Made by a program: the position numbers and the translations under genes. Below are positions 1 through 8,352 of a DNA stretch of 64,000 bases, in pieces. The DNA comes from Candidatus Latescibacterota bacterium (GTDB lineage Bacteria; Krumholzibacteriota; Krumholzibacteriia; WVZY01). The stretch is taken from assembly GCA_963791045.1 (NCBI GenBank), contig CAWBQK010000002.1, positions 32,001 to 96,000 of the forward strand, written 5' to 3'. The notes under the pieces were generated by a model. It saw only the letters and a program-made list of their open reading frames with translations. It was not told the DNA's origin and searched no databases. Positions within the stretch are counted from its first letter, which is position 1, and each line of letters opens with the position of its first letter.

Positions 1-1286
1 ACATTGTTGGGAAGCGCCTCCGAGTTCATGCCGTGCGCGCGGGCAACGACCCCGCCGGCAAAGTCGGCATCGCCCGCCCAGGCGATCCCGAACGCGAGCG
101 CCTTGCCGGTGCGATCGGGCGCCGCGATAAACGGCGGCGTTTTCGATCCGTCGCGTCCGTCGAGCGGGGCGCCATCCTTCATCTTGCCGGGAAGCGCATT
201 CTCGGGATTCTTGTGTTCGAGGACACACTGAATGCTCATCCCGCCGGCGTTGCTGTCGGCGGCGGTGATAATAAGTGTGTTGGGGTTCTTGTCGACGTAT
301 TTCAACGCGACACCGATCGCTTCGTCGGCGCGCCGCAGAGCCTCGAGTGTGCCTTTTGCGTTGTTGCGGTTGCCGAAGTTATCGGTGCCTTCCTCCTCGA
401 CGACGAGAAGGAATTCCCCGCCCTTCGCCTCGAACATGCGAAGCGCAAAGTCCGTCATCTCGGCGACCGACGGCGCCGTCTCGACATAGAGCGGCAGCCC
501 TTCCGCTCTGAGTTCCTCTTCGGTCGCCTGGTTGAACGTGTGCCCCGCGGCGAAGACACCGAAGACTTTGTCGGTGGTTTCGGGGAGAGCGAGGAGCTCG
601 TCGCGTGTGAAGACAACTTCGTAGCCGAGCGCCCGGGCGTGGTCGATTATATTCTCGCCGTCCTTGCGTTTGCCCGGCGCACCGTGACGGCCCATGACGC
701 CCTTCGGCAGGAGGTATTCTTCGCCGCCCGCCATGACGACTTCCGCGCCGCTTTCAATAATCTTTTTTGTGATCTCGTCCGTCATCGCGCGCTCGTTGAC
801 ACCGGCAAGGAATACTCCCGTTCCCGGCTCGGCGATCTGGCCGCTGTTGATGACGCCGACACTCAACCCCGCTTTCTGCGCCTCGGTCATGATGCTGTAT
901 TTTTTGCCCGAGCGCGAGGTGAGCGGGTAGTCGCGGCTCGCGCCGTAACTGAAGTATTTCGCTTTGACGCCGTAGGCGTGTACTGTCGCGCCGCCGTTCG
1001 AACTGCTCGCGAGCGAGTCCTTGAGGTGGCCGCGGTAGACACCCATGTGATCGAGCTTGTCCCAGTTGAGCATTCCATCGGGGCCGACGGTGAGGAGACG
1101 CAGCGCCGCCCATGCCGAGATGCTCGTCCCGTCGGGATGGATGAAGATCGCGCTGCCGCGGATGGGCGTCGAGCTCTCCGCCTTTTTGGTGCCGAGCATC
1201 TTCACCACGATCACCGCCATGATCGCCGTCAACAGCATTACAATCGCCGCTTTTATGATCGTCGTTTTCAAATCTCTATTGTTCAT
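1..1286 (-). CDS. Alkaline phosphatase family protein (partial, runs off window edge)
   Basis: Manual translation from ATG 1286: MNNRDLKTTIIKAAIVMLLTAIMAVIVVK (signal/anchor), then AIFIHPDG and SLASSSNGGATVHAYGVK, which resemble AP metal-ligand and active-Ser motifs. Not in the ORF track because it has no stop inside the window. Confidence 0.8.
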   Translation of the reverse strand, partial: MNNRDLKTTIIKAAIVMLLTAIMAVIVVKMLGTKKAESSTPIRGSAIFIHPDGTSISAWAALRLLTVGPDGMLNWDKLDHMGVYRGHLKDSLASSSNGGATVHAYGVKAKYFSYGASRDYPLTSRSGKKYSIMTEAQKAGLSVGVINSGQIAEPGTGVFLAGVNERAMTDEITKKIIESGAEVVMAGGEEYLLPKGVMGRHGAPGKRKDGENIIDHARALGYEVVFTRDELLALPETTDKVFGVFAAGHTFNQATEEELRAEGLPLYVETAPSVAEMTDFALRMFEAKGGEFLLVVEEEGTDNFGNRNNAKGTLEALRRADEAIGVALKYVDKNPNTLIITAADSNAGGMSIQCVLEHKNPENALPGKMKDGAPLDGRDGSKTPPFIAAPDRTGKALAFGIAWAGDADFAGGVVARAHGMNSEALPNN

Positions 1287-1355
1287 TCCAGGCTCCCTCG
1301 CAGTTGTCGCGGGCGTGGTCGCGGGCCGCGACCGGGCGGCCATCCACGATGATAG

Positions 1356-1388
1356 CAACAAACCCCCGCGAGGTGCAGGGGTTTGTTG
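1356..1388 (-). terminator. Probable intrinsic terminator after sodN
   Basis: CAACAAACCCC...GGGGTTTGTTG 11-bp inverted repeat just downstream of the sodN stop. Confidence 0.55.
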
Positions 1389-1419
1389 AAGTTCCGATGA
1401 CGCGGCAGGCCGCCAAAAT

Positions 1420-1923
1420 CTACTCGTGGTGCTCTCTCATGTGGTCGAGATCTTCTTTGCCGAAATACGCCTCGTTGAATTCGGCTGTAAGTTTTTTTAG
1501 ATTTTCGACATGCTTGAGATCCGTCGTCTGCTTGGTCTTCATCGCTTCGACAAGCATCCCGTGCAGGAGCGTGAGCTTCTTGAGATAGCTGTCACGCGTC
1601 GCCGCGTCGGCACCCTCGGACGGTTTGAGCCGCTGTGTCATAAAATACTGGGTAACGATTTCCTGGATTTTGTTGGCGTGCTCTTCCTTGTTGGTCGTCC
1701 AACGGATGAGCTGGTTGTAGTCGACGGGCGTTGCCTTCGAGAGCTCGTTGATCTGCTTCATCGATTTTTCGATCGTCTGCACGTGTTCCTTGATGAGATA
1801 CACACGAACGTCGTCGTGATAAATCCCGCACGGGATCTCGCAGTGCGCGAGCGGCGACGACACCCAACCAAAAAGAATCAGCGCAACCGCAGCGACAAAA
1901 CCGGCGGCATGAATGCGTTTCAT
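1420..1923 (-). CDS. sodN: Nickel superoxide dismutase with N-terminal signal peptide
   Basis: Ni-hook HCEIPCGIY follows MKRIHAAGFVAAVALILFGWVSSPLA; NQLIRW..KEEHA motif; AGGAG RBS before ATG 1923. Confidence 0.92.
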   Translation of the reverse strand: MKRIHAAGFVAAVALILFGWVSSPLAHCEIPCGIYHDDVRVYLIKEHVQTIEKSMKQINELSKATPVDYNQLIRWTTNKEEHANKIQEIVTQYFMTQRLKPSEGADAATRDSYLKKLTLLHGMLVEAMKTKQTTDLKHVENLKKLTAEFNEAYFGKEDLDHMREHHE

Positions 1924-2053
1924 ATGGGGACTCCTTTGCTTATTCCTGAAAAACAGGCCTCTGATCTCTCTATTGTATGTGTATTGTGAAAGCGTCAATC
2001 AGATGTGGCCGTCGTATGTCATGTTGTGTGAAAATAAGCAATTGGCGCGGTAC

Positions 2054-2182
2054 AGCCAAGCTGAATCCAACACTCTGGCAACGGGGCAGCGCCCCGAACC
2101 GGGGGCCGCGGCATAGCCAAGTTGAATCAAACAATCTGGCAACGGGGCAGCGCCCCGAACCGGGGGCCGCGGCCGAGCCAAG
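2054..2182. repeat. 61-bp tandem repeat (2 copies plus start of a third) with internal CGGGGC-AGC-GCCCCG hairpin
   Basis: AGCCAAG starts at 2054, 2115 and 2176; copies 1 and 2 differ at about 5 of 61 positions. Confidence 0.9.
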
Positions 2183-2214
2183 TCGATTCGCACGCACCCC
2201 GAAACGGACCCTGA

Positions 2215-3408
2215 ATGACCCCAACGAGCCCCAAGAAGCGCCTCCACCTGGACCCGAACCTCCATATTGTGTTCGCGGTTACACTTATGGCGGTGATGGG
2301 GGTAGCGAGCGTGACCCCGGCTTTTCCCAGGATTGCTGAGGCATTCGGCATTTCGCCAAAACAAATTGGCTATCTTATTACGGTATTTACAGTTCCGGGG
2401 GTCTTTTTGACGCCGGTCCTGGGGGTCCTCGCCGACCGCACGAGCCGCAAGCGGATCCTCGCGCCGTCGCTATTTCTCTTTGGCGCGGCCGGGGTGGCCT
2501 GCGCGTTTGTCAATGATTTCAACACGCTTCTCATGCTCAGGTTCATCCAGGGTGTGGGCGCCGCGGGGCTCGGCTCGCTAAACGTCACCATCATGGGCGA
2601 CCTTTACGCGGGGCACACACTCACGACGGCGATGGGGTACAACTCGAGCGTGCTCAGTATCGGGACGGCGACCTACCCGCTCATTGGCGGCGCGCTCGCC
2701 ATGCTCGGGTGGCACTACCCGTTCGTGCTCCCGATCGTCGCGATTCCCGTCGGAATCGCCGTACTCACCGCGCTCGAGTCGCCGGAGCCGGCGAACCAGC
2801 AGCGGTTGCGGTCGTATTTTGCCGACGTGTGGCAGATCGTCCGCGGCAGGTCGGTCATCGGGCTTCTTCTCGCCGGGCTCGTCACGTTCATCGGTCTCTA
2901 CGGCGCGTATCTGACCTTTCTTCCGTTTTTGATTTCCGATGAGTTTGGCGGTTCACCGCTATCGATCGGGCTCATCATGTCGGCCGCCTCGCTCGCGACG
3001 GCCGTCACATCGGCGCGCCTCGGCAGTCTTGCCCGCCGTTTCTCAGAGAAATCACTTCTCGCCACCGGGTACATCTTTTTTGCCGCGTCGCTTGCCCTGG
3101 TCCCGTTTGCTTCGAACATCTGGCAGCTCGTTCCGCCCGCGCTCGTCTACGGTGTCGGGTCGGGACTCAACATTCCCAACATTATTTCGCTTCTCTCCCG
3201 GTTTGCACCGCTCAACCAGCGCGCCGCCGTGATGTCGATCAACGGAATGGTGCTCCGGCTGGGGCAGACCCTGGGGCCGATGATCATGGCGGGGGTTTAC
3301 AGTGTGTGGGGGCTCGATGCGGTGTTCTACGCGGGGGCGATTTTTACGTTGGGAATGTGTGTTTTAGCCGTTATTATGATAAGACAACCAGATGAACGGG
3401 GCGTGTAG
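2215..3408 (+). CDS. MFS transporter (DHA1-like)
   Basis: 397 aa, about 12 hydrophobic segments, motif A GVLADRTSRKR. Confidence 0.9.
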   Translation: MTPTSPKKRLHLDPNLHIVFAVTLMAVMGVASVTPAFPRIAEAFGISPKQIGYLITVFTVPGVFLTPVLGVLADRTSRKRILAPSLFLFGAAGVACAFVNDFNTLLMLRFIQGVGAAGLGSLNVTIMGDLYAGHTLTTAMGYNSSVLSIGTATYPLIGGALAMLGWHYPFVLPIVAIPVGIAVLTALESPEPANQQRLRSYFADVWQIVRGRSVIGLLLAGLVTFIGLYGAYLTFLPFLISDEFGGSPLSIGLIMSAASLATAVTSARLGSLARRFSEKSLLATGYIFFAASLALVPFASNIWQLVPPALVYGVGSGLNIPNIISLLSRFAPLNQRAAVMSINGMVLRLGQTLGPMIMAGVYSVWGLDAVFYAGAIFTLGMCVLAVIMIRQPDERGV

Positions 3409-3464
3409 CGTCGCCCTCACATAATCGACAATTTCGATAATTGAATCTTAAAAAGGAGGCTCCC

Positions 3465-3677
3465 ATGCCCAACCATATCTATAAGAAAATCGAACTCACC
3501 GGTTCGTCGACGACGACGATCGAGGACGCCGTCAACGCGGCAATCGCCAAAGCGTCGGAGACAATCCGCAACATGGGTTGGTTCGAGGTCGTCGAGACCC
3601 GCGGCCAGATCCAGGACGGCAAGGTCGCCTACTGGCAGGTCACCCTCAAGATCGGTTTCACGCTCGACAAGGAGTAG
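3465..3677 (+). CDS. Dodecin (flavin-binding protein)
   Basis: [15 protein letters not shown]...WFEVVETRG...[19 protein letters not shown]. Confidence 0.93.
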   Translation: MPNHIYKKIELTGSSTTTIEDAVNAAIAKASETIRNMGWFEVVETRGQIQDGKVAYWQVTLKIGFTLDKE

Positions 3678-3718
3678 GAGCCACGGCGGGAACGATTGGC
3701 GGTTCGAAGAAATCAATG

Positions 3719-3758
3719 GAGGCATCGCAGAATAGTCATGACTATTTTACGATGCCTC
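3719..3758. terminator. 40-bp near-perfect palindrome, probable bidirectional terminator
   Basis: GAGGCATCGCAGAATAGTCA|TGACTATTTTACGATGCCTC followed by a T-run, between convergent genes. Confidence 0.65.
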
Positions 3759-3770
3759 GTTTTTTGTTGT

Positions 3771-4418
3771 TCAGTCCTCATCGGCGATCGGCAGGACCCC
3801 GGCAAGGAAATGCTGTTCGGGTACCGAGCCCTCGAGAACGCTCTTCTCATTCGCCACCGTTTTGGGAACGCCCATCACGCCGTACTTTTGTGCGAGGTGG
3901 GGGAATTCCATCGTCTCCACCATGTCTGCCGTGATGAAATCGCTTTCCATCGCAAACTTGTGTGCCAACTGCACAGCCGGTGCGCAGTAGGGTCAGGTGG
4001 GTGTAACGAACACCTGGAGGTGAAGCGGTTTTTTTAGCCCGGCGAGCGCTTTCTTGGTGTCGTCGGCGAGGCCTGAGTCCTTCTTCGATACCATGAGGAT
4101 CGATTCAAGGACGGTTGTGAACTCGTACCCCGATGGGATTCCGAAGAAACGAATTCCGTAATCCTTCTCTCCCATGACGACGGTCGCCGGTATCTTGTCG
4201 ATGTTGTATGCGTGGGCTTTATCCTTGTCGGCAACGAAGTCGAGGACTTCGAGCGAGATCTTGTCCGAGAGTCCCGCGATCTCTTCCATCAAGCGGCGGG
4301 TCTCGGTGCAGTACTGACATTCCATTTCCTGCGTGAAGTTGATGATCCTGACCGGTCCGTCGAGTTCCTTGAACTTCTCCTCGACCTGGGCCCGGACTTT
4401 ATCGTCGAGCAGCGCCAT
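3771..4418 (-). CDS. Two-domain thioredoxin-fold protein disulfide oxidoreductase (PDO/AhpF-NTD-like), selenoprotein with UPYC motif
   Basis: ORFs 3993-4418 and 3771-3974 are in one frame, separated only by TGA at 3993-3995 in VFVTPT-U-PYC. N-terminal CQYC motif; SECIS-like hairpin follows. Confidence 0.9.
3951..3984 (-). promoter_or_regulatory. Putative bacterial SECIS element
   Basis: CGCA-CC-GGC-TGTGC-[AGTTG]-GCACA-CAA-GTT-TGCG; loop GU at +24/+25 after UGA. Confidence 0.65.
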
Positions 4419-4433
4419 GTCACATCGCCTCCT

Positions 4434-4898
4434 TTACAAGCTGTCCCGATACTTGATCTGCACACCTTTGAGGAAATTGCGCAAGATCTGATCTTTGCAT
4501 TCGCGGTAGTGCTTGTGATCCGGCCGCCGGAAAAACGCACTGAGCTCGGACTTGCCGATACGTTGGTCCGCCAGGGCAAGAATCTCCAGCACACCGTCCG
4601 CCTGAAGGTCCAAAGCGATTTTGAGCTTTCTGAAAATGATATTGTTCGTCAGGGTCTTCTCCGGCTCGGGCTGCGCGCCCTCTTTTTTGCCCCGTCTGTC
4701 GTTGATAAATCCATTGAGGAAAATCGCGAGCATCCGGTCCGGGCAGTTCTGATAGTCCGGATCTTCCTCTTTTTTTAACCAGTTGCTGATCTGCGGCCGG
4801 GTGACATCGACACCCGCCTGGCCAAACATGGAAATCATTTTCGAATCGCCGAGATCAAACGCATAGCGGATACGCCGCAAGACATCGTTATTGGTCAC
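4434..4898 (-). CDS. DUF1456 (YehS-like) family protein
   Basis: MTNNDVLRRIRYAFD...LTNNIIFRKLKIAL...SAFFRRPDHKHYRECKDQILRNFLKG. Confidence 0.9.
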   Translation of the reverse strand: MTNNDVLRRIRYAFDLGDSKMISMFGQAGVDVTRPQISNWLKKEEDPDYQNCPDRMLAIFLNGFINDRRGKKEGAQPEPEKTLTNNIIFRKLKIALDLQADGVLEILALADQRIGKSELSAFFRRPDHKHYRECKDQILRNFLKGVQIKYRDSL

Positions 4899-4938
4899 AA
4901 GTGTGTCCTCATCAGAAATACAACCGTTTCGAAACTTC

Positions 4939-5526
4939 CTACGATCTTACAAATTCCAAGAGAGGAATGAAATTCCCACCGTCCGCATCTTTGAGCGCCT
5001 TGATGTACCTGTTTCTGGTCTCACCCGAACTTGACAGGTCCTTTCTGCCCCAGGAGAACCGGGAATCGTGCAGAACGTTCTCCAAGAAAATGTCCGTCAT
5101 GATGCGTGCGTGGCGTCCGTTTCCGTTGGGAAACGCGTGAATCCAAACCAGGCGATGATGAAGACGAACGGCCATTTCCTCTGGCGATTCATTTTTTGCA
5201 GTCATCCATACTGTCACATCATCACACAAAATACCAAGGGACATCGGGATTTGATGCCAAGAGACCCCGATGTTCTTGTCGGTCCGGCGATACTGCCCCG
5301 CCCATCGCCACACATTGCCAAACATTCTTCTGTGCATTCGCTTGATAAACTTCTCATTCACGATGTTCGTCGGCTTTGTCCGATCAAGCCAGGCCAGTGC
5401 CTCAACTATGTTGTCTTGTTCCCAGCGGTTCAATTCCTCACGCGTGGTGATATGCGTGAGCAGCAACCCTCCCAACTCGTCTGGGTCGACAGGTGTGGCG
5501 CCGTCCGGATATTTGAAGTTTATCAT
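4939..5526 (-). CDS. Fic-domain protein ('mobile mystery protein B')
   Basis: Fic motif HAFPNGNGRHAR; N-terminal YPDGATPVDPDELGGL; ATGA overlap with the upstream gene. Confidence 0.9.
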   Translation of the reverse strand: MINFKYPDGATPVDPDELGGLLLTHITTREELNRWEQDNIVEALAWLDRTKPTNIVNEKFIKRMHRRMFGNVWRWAGQYRRTDKNIGVSWHQIPMSLGILCDDVTVWMTAKNESPEEMAVRLHHRLVWIHAFPNGNGRHARIMTDIFLENVLHDSRFSWGRKDLSSSGETRNRYIKALKDADGGNFIPLLEFVRS

Positions 5527-5984
5527 GAGTCGTCCCACAAGTCTGAAGGAAGCGTGCGGATGATTTCATTGGTCAAATCAGCCAGCGCACTCGCGTTATC
5601 GTTTGCATTCAGCGATTGATTCTCCAGGCTCATGGATTGAGACGCCCTTTCAAGTCGCCGGGCCGCGACCTTCTGGGCCTGCCGGGCAACTGTCTCTTCC
5701 AAGCTCGTGCGTGGCACAAACCCGTATACAAACACACAATCGAGGCCTTCAGCGACTCGCCGCATGGTTTTGATGGTCACCGCCCCGGGGATCTCTTCTT
5801 TCTCAATCCGCGCCACAGCTTGCTGAGCGATGCCGAGGCGGCCGGCCAACTGCCGGGCGGTCATCCCCAGGCCGTCGCGGATGGCCCGTATCCATCCTTT
5901 CGGCGGCGCGGTGACCTGGAGCAGGGGGCGGAGACGCTGGAGCGACGCGTCAAGCTGCTCCCATATCAGTTTTTTCTTGTACAT
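5523..5984 (-). CDS. XRE-HTH protein ('mobile mystery protein A'), putative Fic antitoxin/autorepressor
   Basis: PPKGWIRAIRDGLGMTARQLAGRLGIAQQAVARIEK HTH; C-terminal SMSLEN; paired with the Fic gene. Confidence 0.88.
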   Translation of the reverse strand: MYKKKLIWEQLDASLQRLRPLLQVTAPPKGWIRAIRDGLGMTARQLAGRLGIAQQAVARIEKEEIPGAVTIKTMRRVAEGLDCVFVYGFVPRTSLEETVARQAQKVAARRLERASQSMSLENQSLNANDNASALADLTNEIIRTLPSDLWDDS

Positions 5985-6036
5985 TATTTCGCGCCTTCGA
6001 GTTCAGGCCGGTGCTCATTCGACTCAACCCTTTCAA

Positions 6037-6120
6037 TACAACATATATATTGTAATGATGTCAAGGACAAACAACATATATATTGTACTTATGCGCCCGA
6101 GTTACAACATATATGTTGTA
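6037..6120. promoter_or_regulatory. Three 18-bp palindromic operators at 33-bp periodicity upstream of the HTH-Fic operon
   Basis: TACAACATATATATTGTA (6037), AACAACATATATATTGTA (6070), TACAACATATATGTTGTA (6103, perfect palindrome); minus-strand TTGACA at 6059-6064. Confidence 0.8.
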
Positions 6121-6123
6121 TGG

Positions 6124-6148
6124 CAGGCTCAAGCCGGCGTTGAGCCTG
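6124..6148 (-). terminator. Hairpin downstream of the DUF1858 gene
   Basis: CAGGCTCAA-GCCGGCG-TTGAGCCTG. Confidence 0.45.
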
Positions 6149-6165
6149 GCTTTGGCGGTCGGGGG

Positions 6166-6369
6166 CTACTTTGCGGCAAGCTCGTTGAGATCTTTGACGA
6201 AAACATCGATCTCCTCGTCGGTGAATCCTTTCTTCCGGGCCGCTTCCTCGAGCGTGCCCCAGATGGGCTCACCGCACGCGAGACACTTGATGTTCTTTTC
6301 CATGAGATACGTCACCGCTTTGGGAAGCTTGTGAACGAGATCTTCTATGAGGATGTCTTTCTCGATCAT
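6166..6369 (-). CDS. DUF1858 domain small protein
   Basis: 67 aa MIEKDILIEDLV...IKCLACGEPIWGTLEEAARKKG; GGAG RBS. Confidence 0.8.
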   Translation of the reverse strand: MIEKDILIEDLVHKLPKAVTYLMEKNIKCLACGEPIWGTLEEAARKKGFTDEEIDVFVKDLNELAAK

Positions 6370-6400
6370 GACTTCTGACTCCTGCGTTTTTGCGCGGTTA

Positions 6401-6435
6401 GGCACGGGTCCTGTCATCGATTACCCCGCGCGTGC
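6401..6435 (-). repeat. Dispersed palindromic repeat family, partial copy (inverted)
   Basis: Reverse complement matches 24559-24593 at 32/35 nt. Confidence 0.85.
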
Positions 6436-6438
6436 CGG

Positions 6439-8346
6439 TTACGGCAGCACGTGGACCTCGATACGCGACTGCTGCCCCTGTGTTCGGTACACACGGTGCA
6501 CCGCCTCGACAAACAGGACCTCCTCGGCGTTCACAATATCACCGACATAGGTCTGCGGGTTGCGATCGATGTACGGGAACCATGAACTCTGGATCTGCAC
6601 CATGATCTTGTGCCCGGCCTTGAACGTGTGACAGATGTCCGCGAGATCGAATGTCACGCGCGTGGGCTCACCGGGGACAAACTTCTTCGGTGTCGACGGG
6701 TCATCGCGGTAGCGACCGCGCACGACTCCCGCGCGGACGAGCATCTGATACGAACGAAGCATCATGAGCTGCCGCGATCCGTCCGAGCCCATGTCCTGCG
6801 GAAAAACATCGATTAGCTTAACCACCCAGTCGGCGTCCCCCTTCGACGTCGACACCCACAAGTCCGCGGTGATCGGCCCCGCGATTGTGACATCGGATTC
6901 GAGCGCCGGCGTCTCGTACATAACGACATCGGGGCGCCCGTACGCAAACCGCTGGTCCTCGACCATAAACTCGGGCGGCACCGTTTTGGTTTTCCGGTGG
7001 GTAAAGGGCACCGGATTCTGCGGGTCGCTTATAAACTCGTCGAACCCTTCCGCGGCTTCCGCGGCCACCGGTGAGAACCCAAGAGCACCGTCCGCGCCGG
7101 GATAAAGACTCTTCGTCTCCACGCCCTTCGGCGGCCAGTTGTCGAATGCGCGCCACTCATTTTGCCCCGTCTGAAAAACAAACGCCTCGGGCAGATCGGC
7201 GCGGCCCTTGTCTTTTAGAAAATATTCAAAGAACGTGAGCTCGATATTCTGTTGAAAAAACTCCGGTGTGTTCGACTCGAACATGATGTCGCCAAGACCG
7301 TCCTCGGCCTCGTACTGACCGAGCCACCCCTCATGCCCCCACGGCCCCATAACGAGAATGTTGAACGCGCCGGGGTTTTTCGATTCGACCGAGCGGTAGC
7401 ACGCAAGCGGCCCGGAAAGAGCGTGCGCGTCGAACCAGCCGCCGACCGTCATGACGGCCGGCGCAACTTTCTTAAGATGCGGCAGGAGATTGCGCGACTG
7501 CCAGAACGAGTCGTAGTCGAGGTGACGTGTGAGGTCGTTCCAGAACGGGCGCCGGGTTCGAAGGTAGAGGTCGTCGACATTGGACACAGGCCCCATGTTC
7601 AGCAAGAAATCATACCCGTCCGGCGGAATCCCCACATAGAGCATGTTGTACCGGGCGGTTTTTCCGGGAATCGGCTCACCGTATGTTGTAACAAAATCAA
7701 TCGCGTTCATGAGCATGAATGCGCCGTTTCCAAAAAACTGATCGCGCCAGGCGTCCACGAGCGGCGCCTGTGGTGAAACTGCTTTCAAAGCGGGGTGCGC
7801 GTCGATCATCCCCGCCGCGGCGCAAAAACCGGGGTAGCCAATTCCCCACATTCCCACGCGGCCATTGTTGTTGGGAATGTTTTTGACGAGCCAGTCGATG
7901 GTGTCGTACGTGTCGGTGCTTTCATCGATATCACGTTCACCTTGCTTACCTGTAATGTGCGGGGTGAAGTATTTGAGTTGTCCGCTCGATTCGTAGGTCC
8001 CGCGGATTTCCTGGCGGACGAGGATGTACCGCTCGCGTACGAGCGTCATGTTGGGACCCTGCGAGCGGCGCGCCCGCTCGCGGCCGAGGGCGCCGTACGG
8101 CGTTCGCTCGAGAAGGATGGGATAGGTCTGGCCATCATTGGGGTGGTAGACCACGGTAAAAAGCAACGCCCCGTCGCGCATCGGAACGTGATAGTCGTCG
8201 CGCGTGTAGTTCGCGTCGACATATTCCTGAAATTCGTCGGTCGGCCGCTTTGGCGCGTCGGCGGATATATCGGCACCGCTTGCGAGGATGATGGCGAACG
8301 CGAGTACCAACGCTGTCATGGTGTGTTTCAAAGTTGTCGTGAACAC
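6439..8346 (-). CDS. Secreted CocE/NonD (S15, alpha-amino acid ester hydrolase-like) protein with Gly at the nucleophile position
   Basis: Signal peptide; VPMRDG, ERTPYG, DTYDTIDWL, GMWGIGYPG, GPWGH, FKAGHKIMVQIQSSWFP. Confidence 0.88.
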   Translation of the reverse strand: MFTTTLKHTMTALVLAFAIILASGADISADAPKRPTDEFQEYVDANYTRDDYHVPMRDGALLFTVVYHPNDGQTYPILLERTPYGALGRERARRSQGPNMTLVRERYILVRQEIRGTYESSGQLKYFTPHITGKQGERDIDESTDTYDTIDWLVKNIPNNNGRVGMWGIGYPGFCAAAGMIDAHPALKAVSPQAPLVDAWRDQFFGNGAFMLMNAIDFVTTYGEPIPGKTARYNMLYVGIPPDGYDFLLNMGPVSNVDDLYLRTRRPFWNDLTRHLDYDSFWQSRNLLPHLKKVAPAVMTVGGWFDAHALSGPLACYRSVESKNPGAFNILVMGPWGHEGWLGQYEAEDGLGDIMFESNTPEFFQQNIELTFFEYFLKDKGRADLPEAFVFQTGQNEWRAFDNWPPKGVETKSLYPGADGALGFSPVAAEAAEGFDEFISDPQNPVPFTHRKTKTVPPEFMVEDQRFAYGRPDVVMYETPALESDVTIAGPITADLWVSTSKGDADWVVKLIDVFPQDMGSDGSRQLMMLRSYQMLVRAGVVRGRYRDDPSTPKKFVPGEPTRVTFDLADICHTFKAGHKIMVQIQSSWFPYIDRNPQTYVGDIVNAEEVLFVEAVHRVYRTQGQQSRIEVHVLP

Positions 8347-8352
8347 TGACGT

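Noticed and set aside
33-1352. 439-aa plus-strand ORF and other long antisense ORFs (13971-15131, 33138-34244, 49730-50974, 52483-53862, 55766-56956)
   Set aside because: Shadow frames of real genes in GC-rich DNA with no recognisable motifs
2054-2182. Mini CRISPR array
   Set aside because: The segments between cores are also near-identical, there are only two units, and no cas genes are present
3754-3766. GCCTCGTTTTTT shared with 44257-44268, next to both selenoprotein genes
   Set aside because: One copy is a terminator tail downstream of the gene, the other an RBS region upstream; short and low-complexity, so probably chance
6037-6120. CRISPR-like repeat-spacer array
   Set aside because: 18-bp repeats and 15-bp spacers are too short; position in a promoter fits operators
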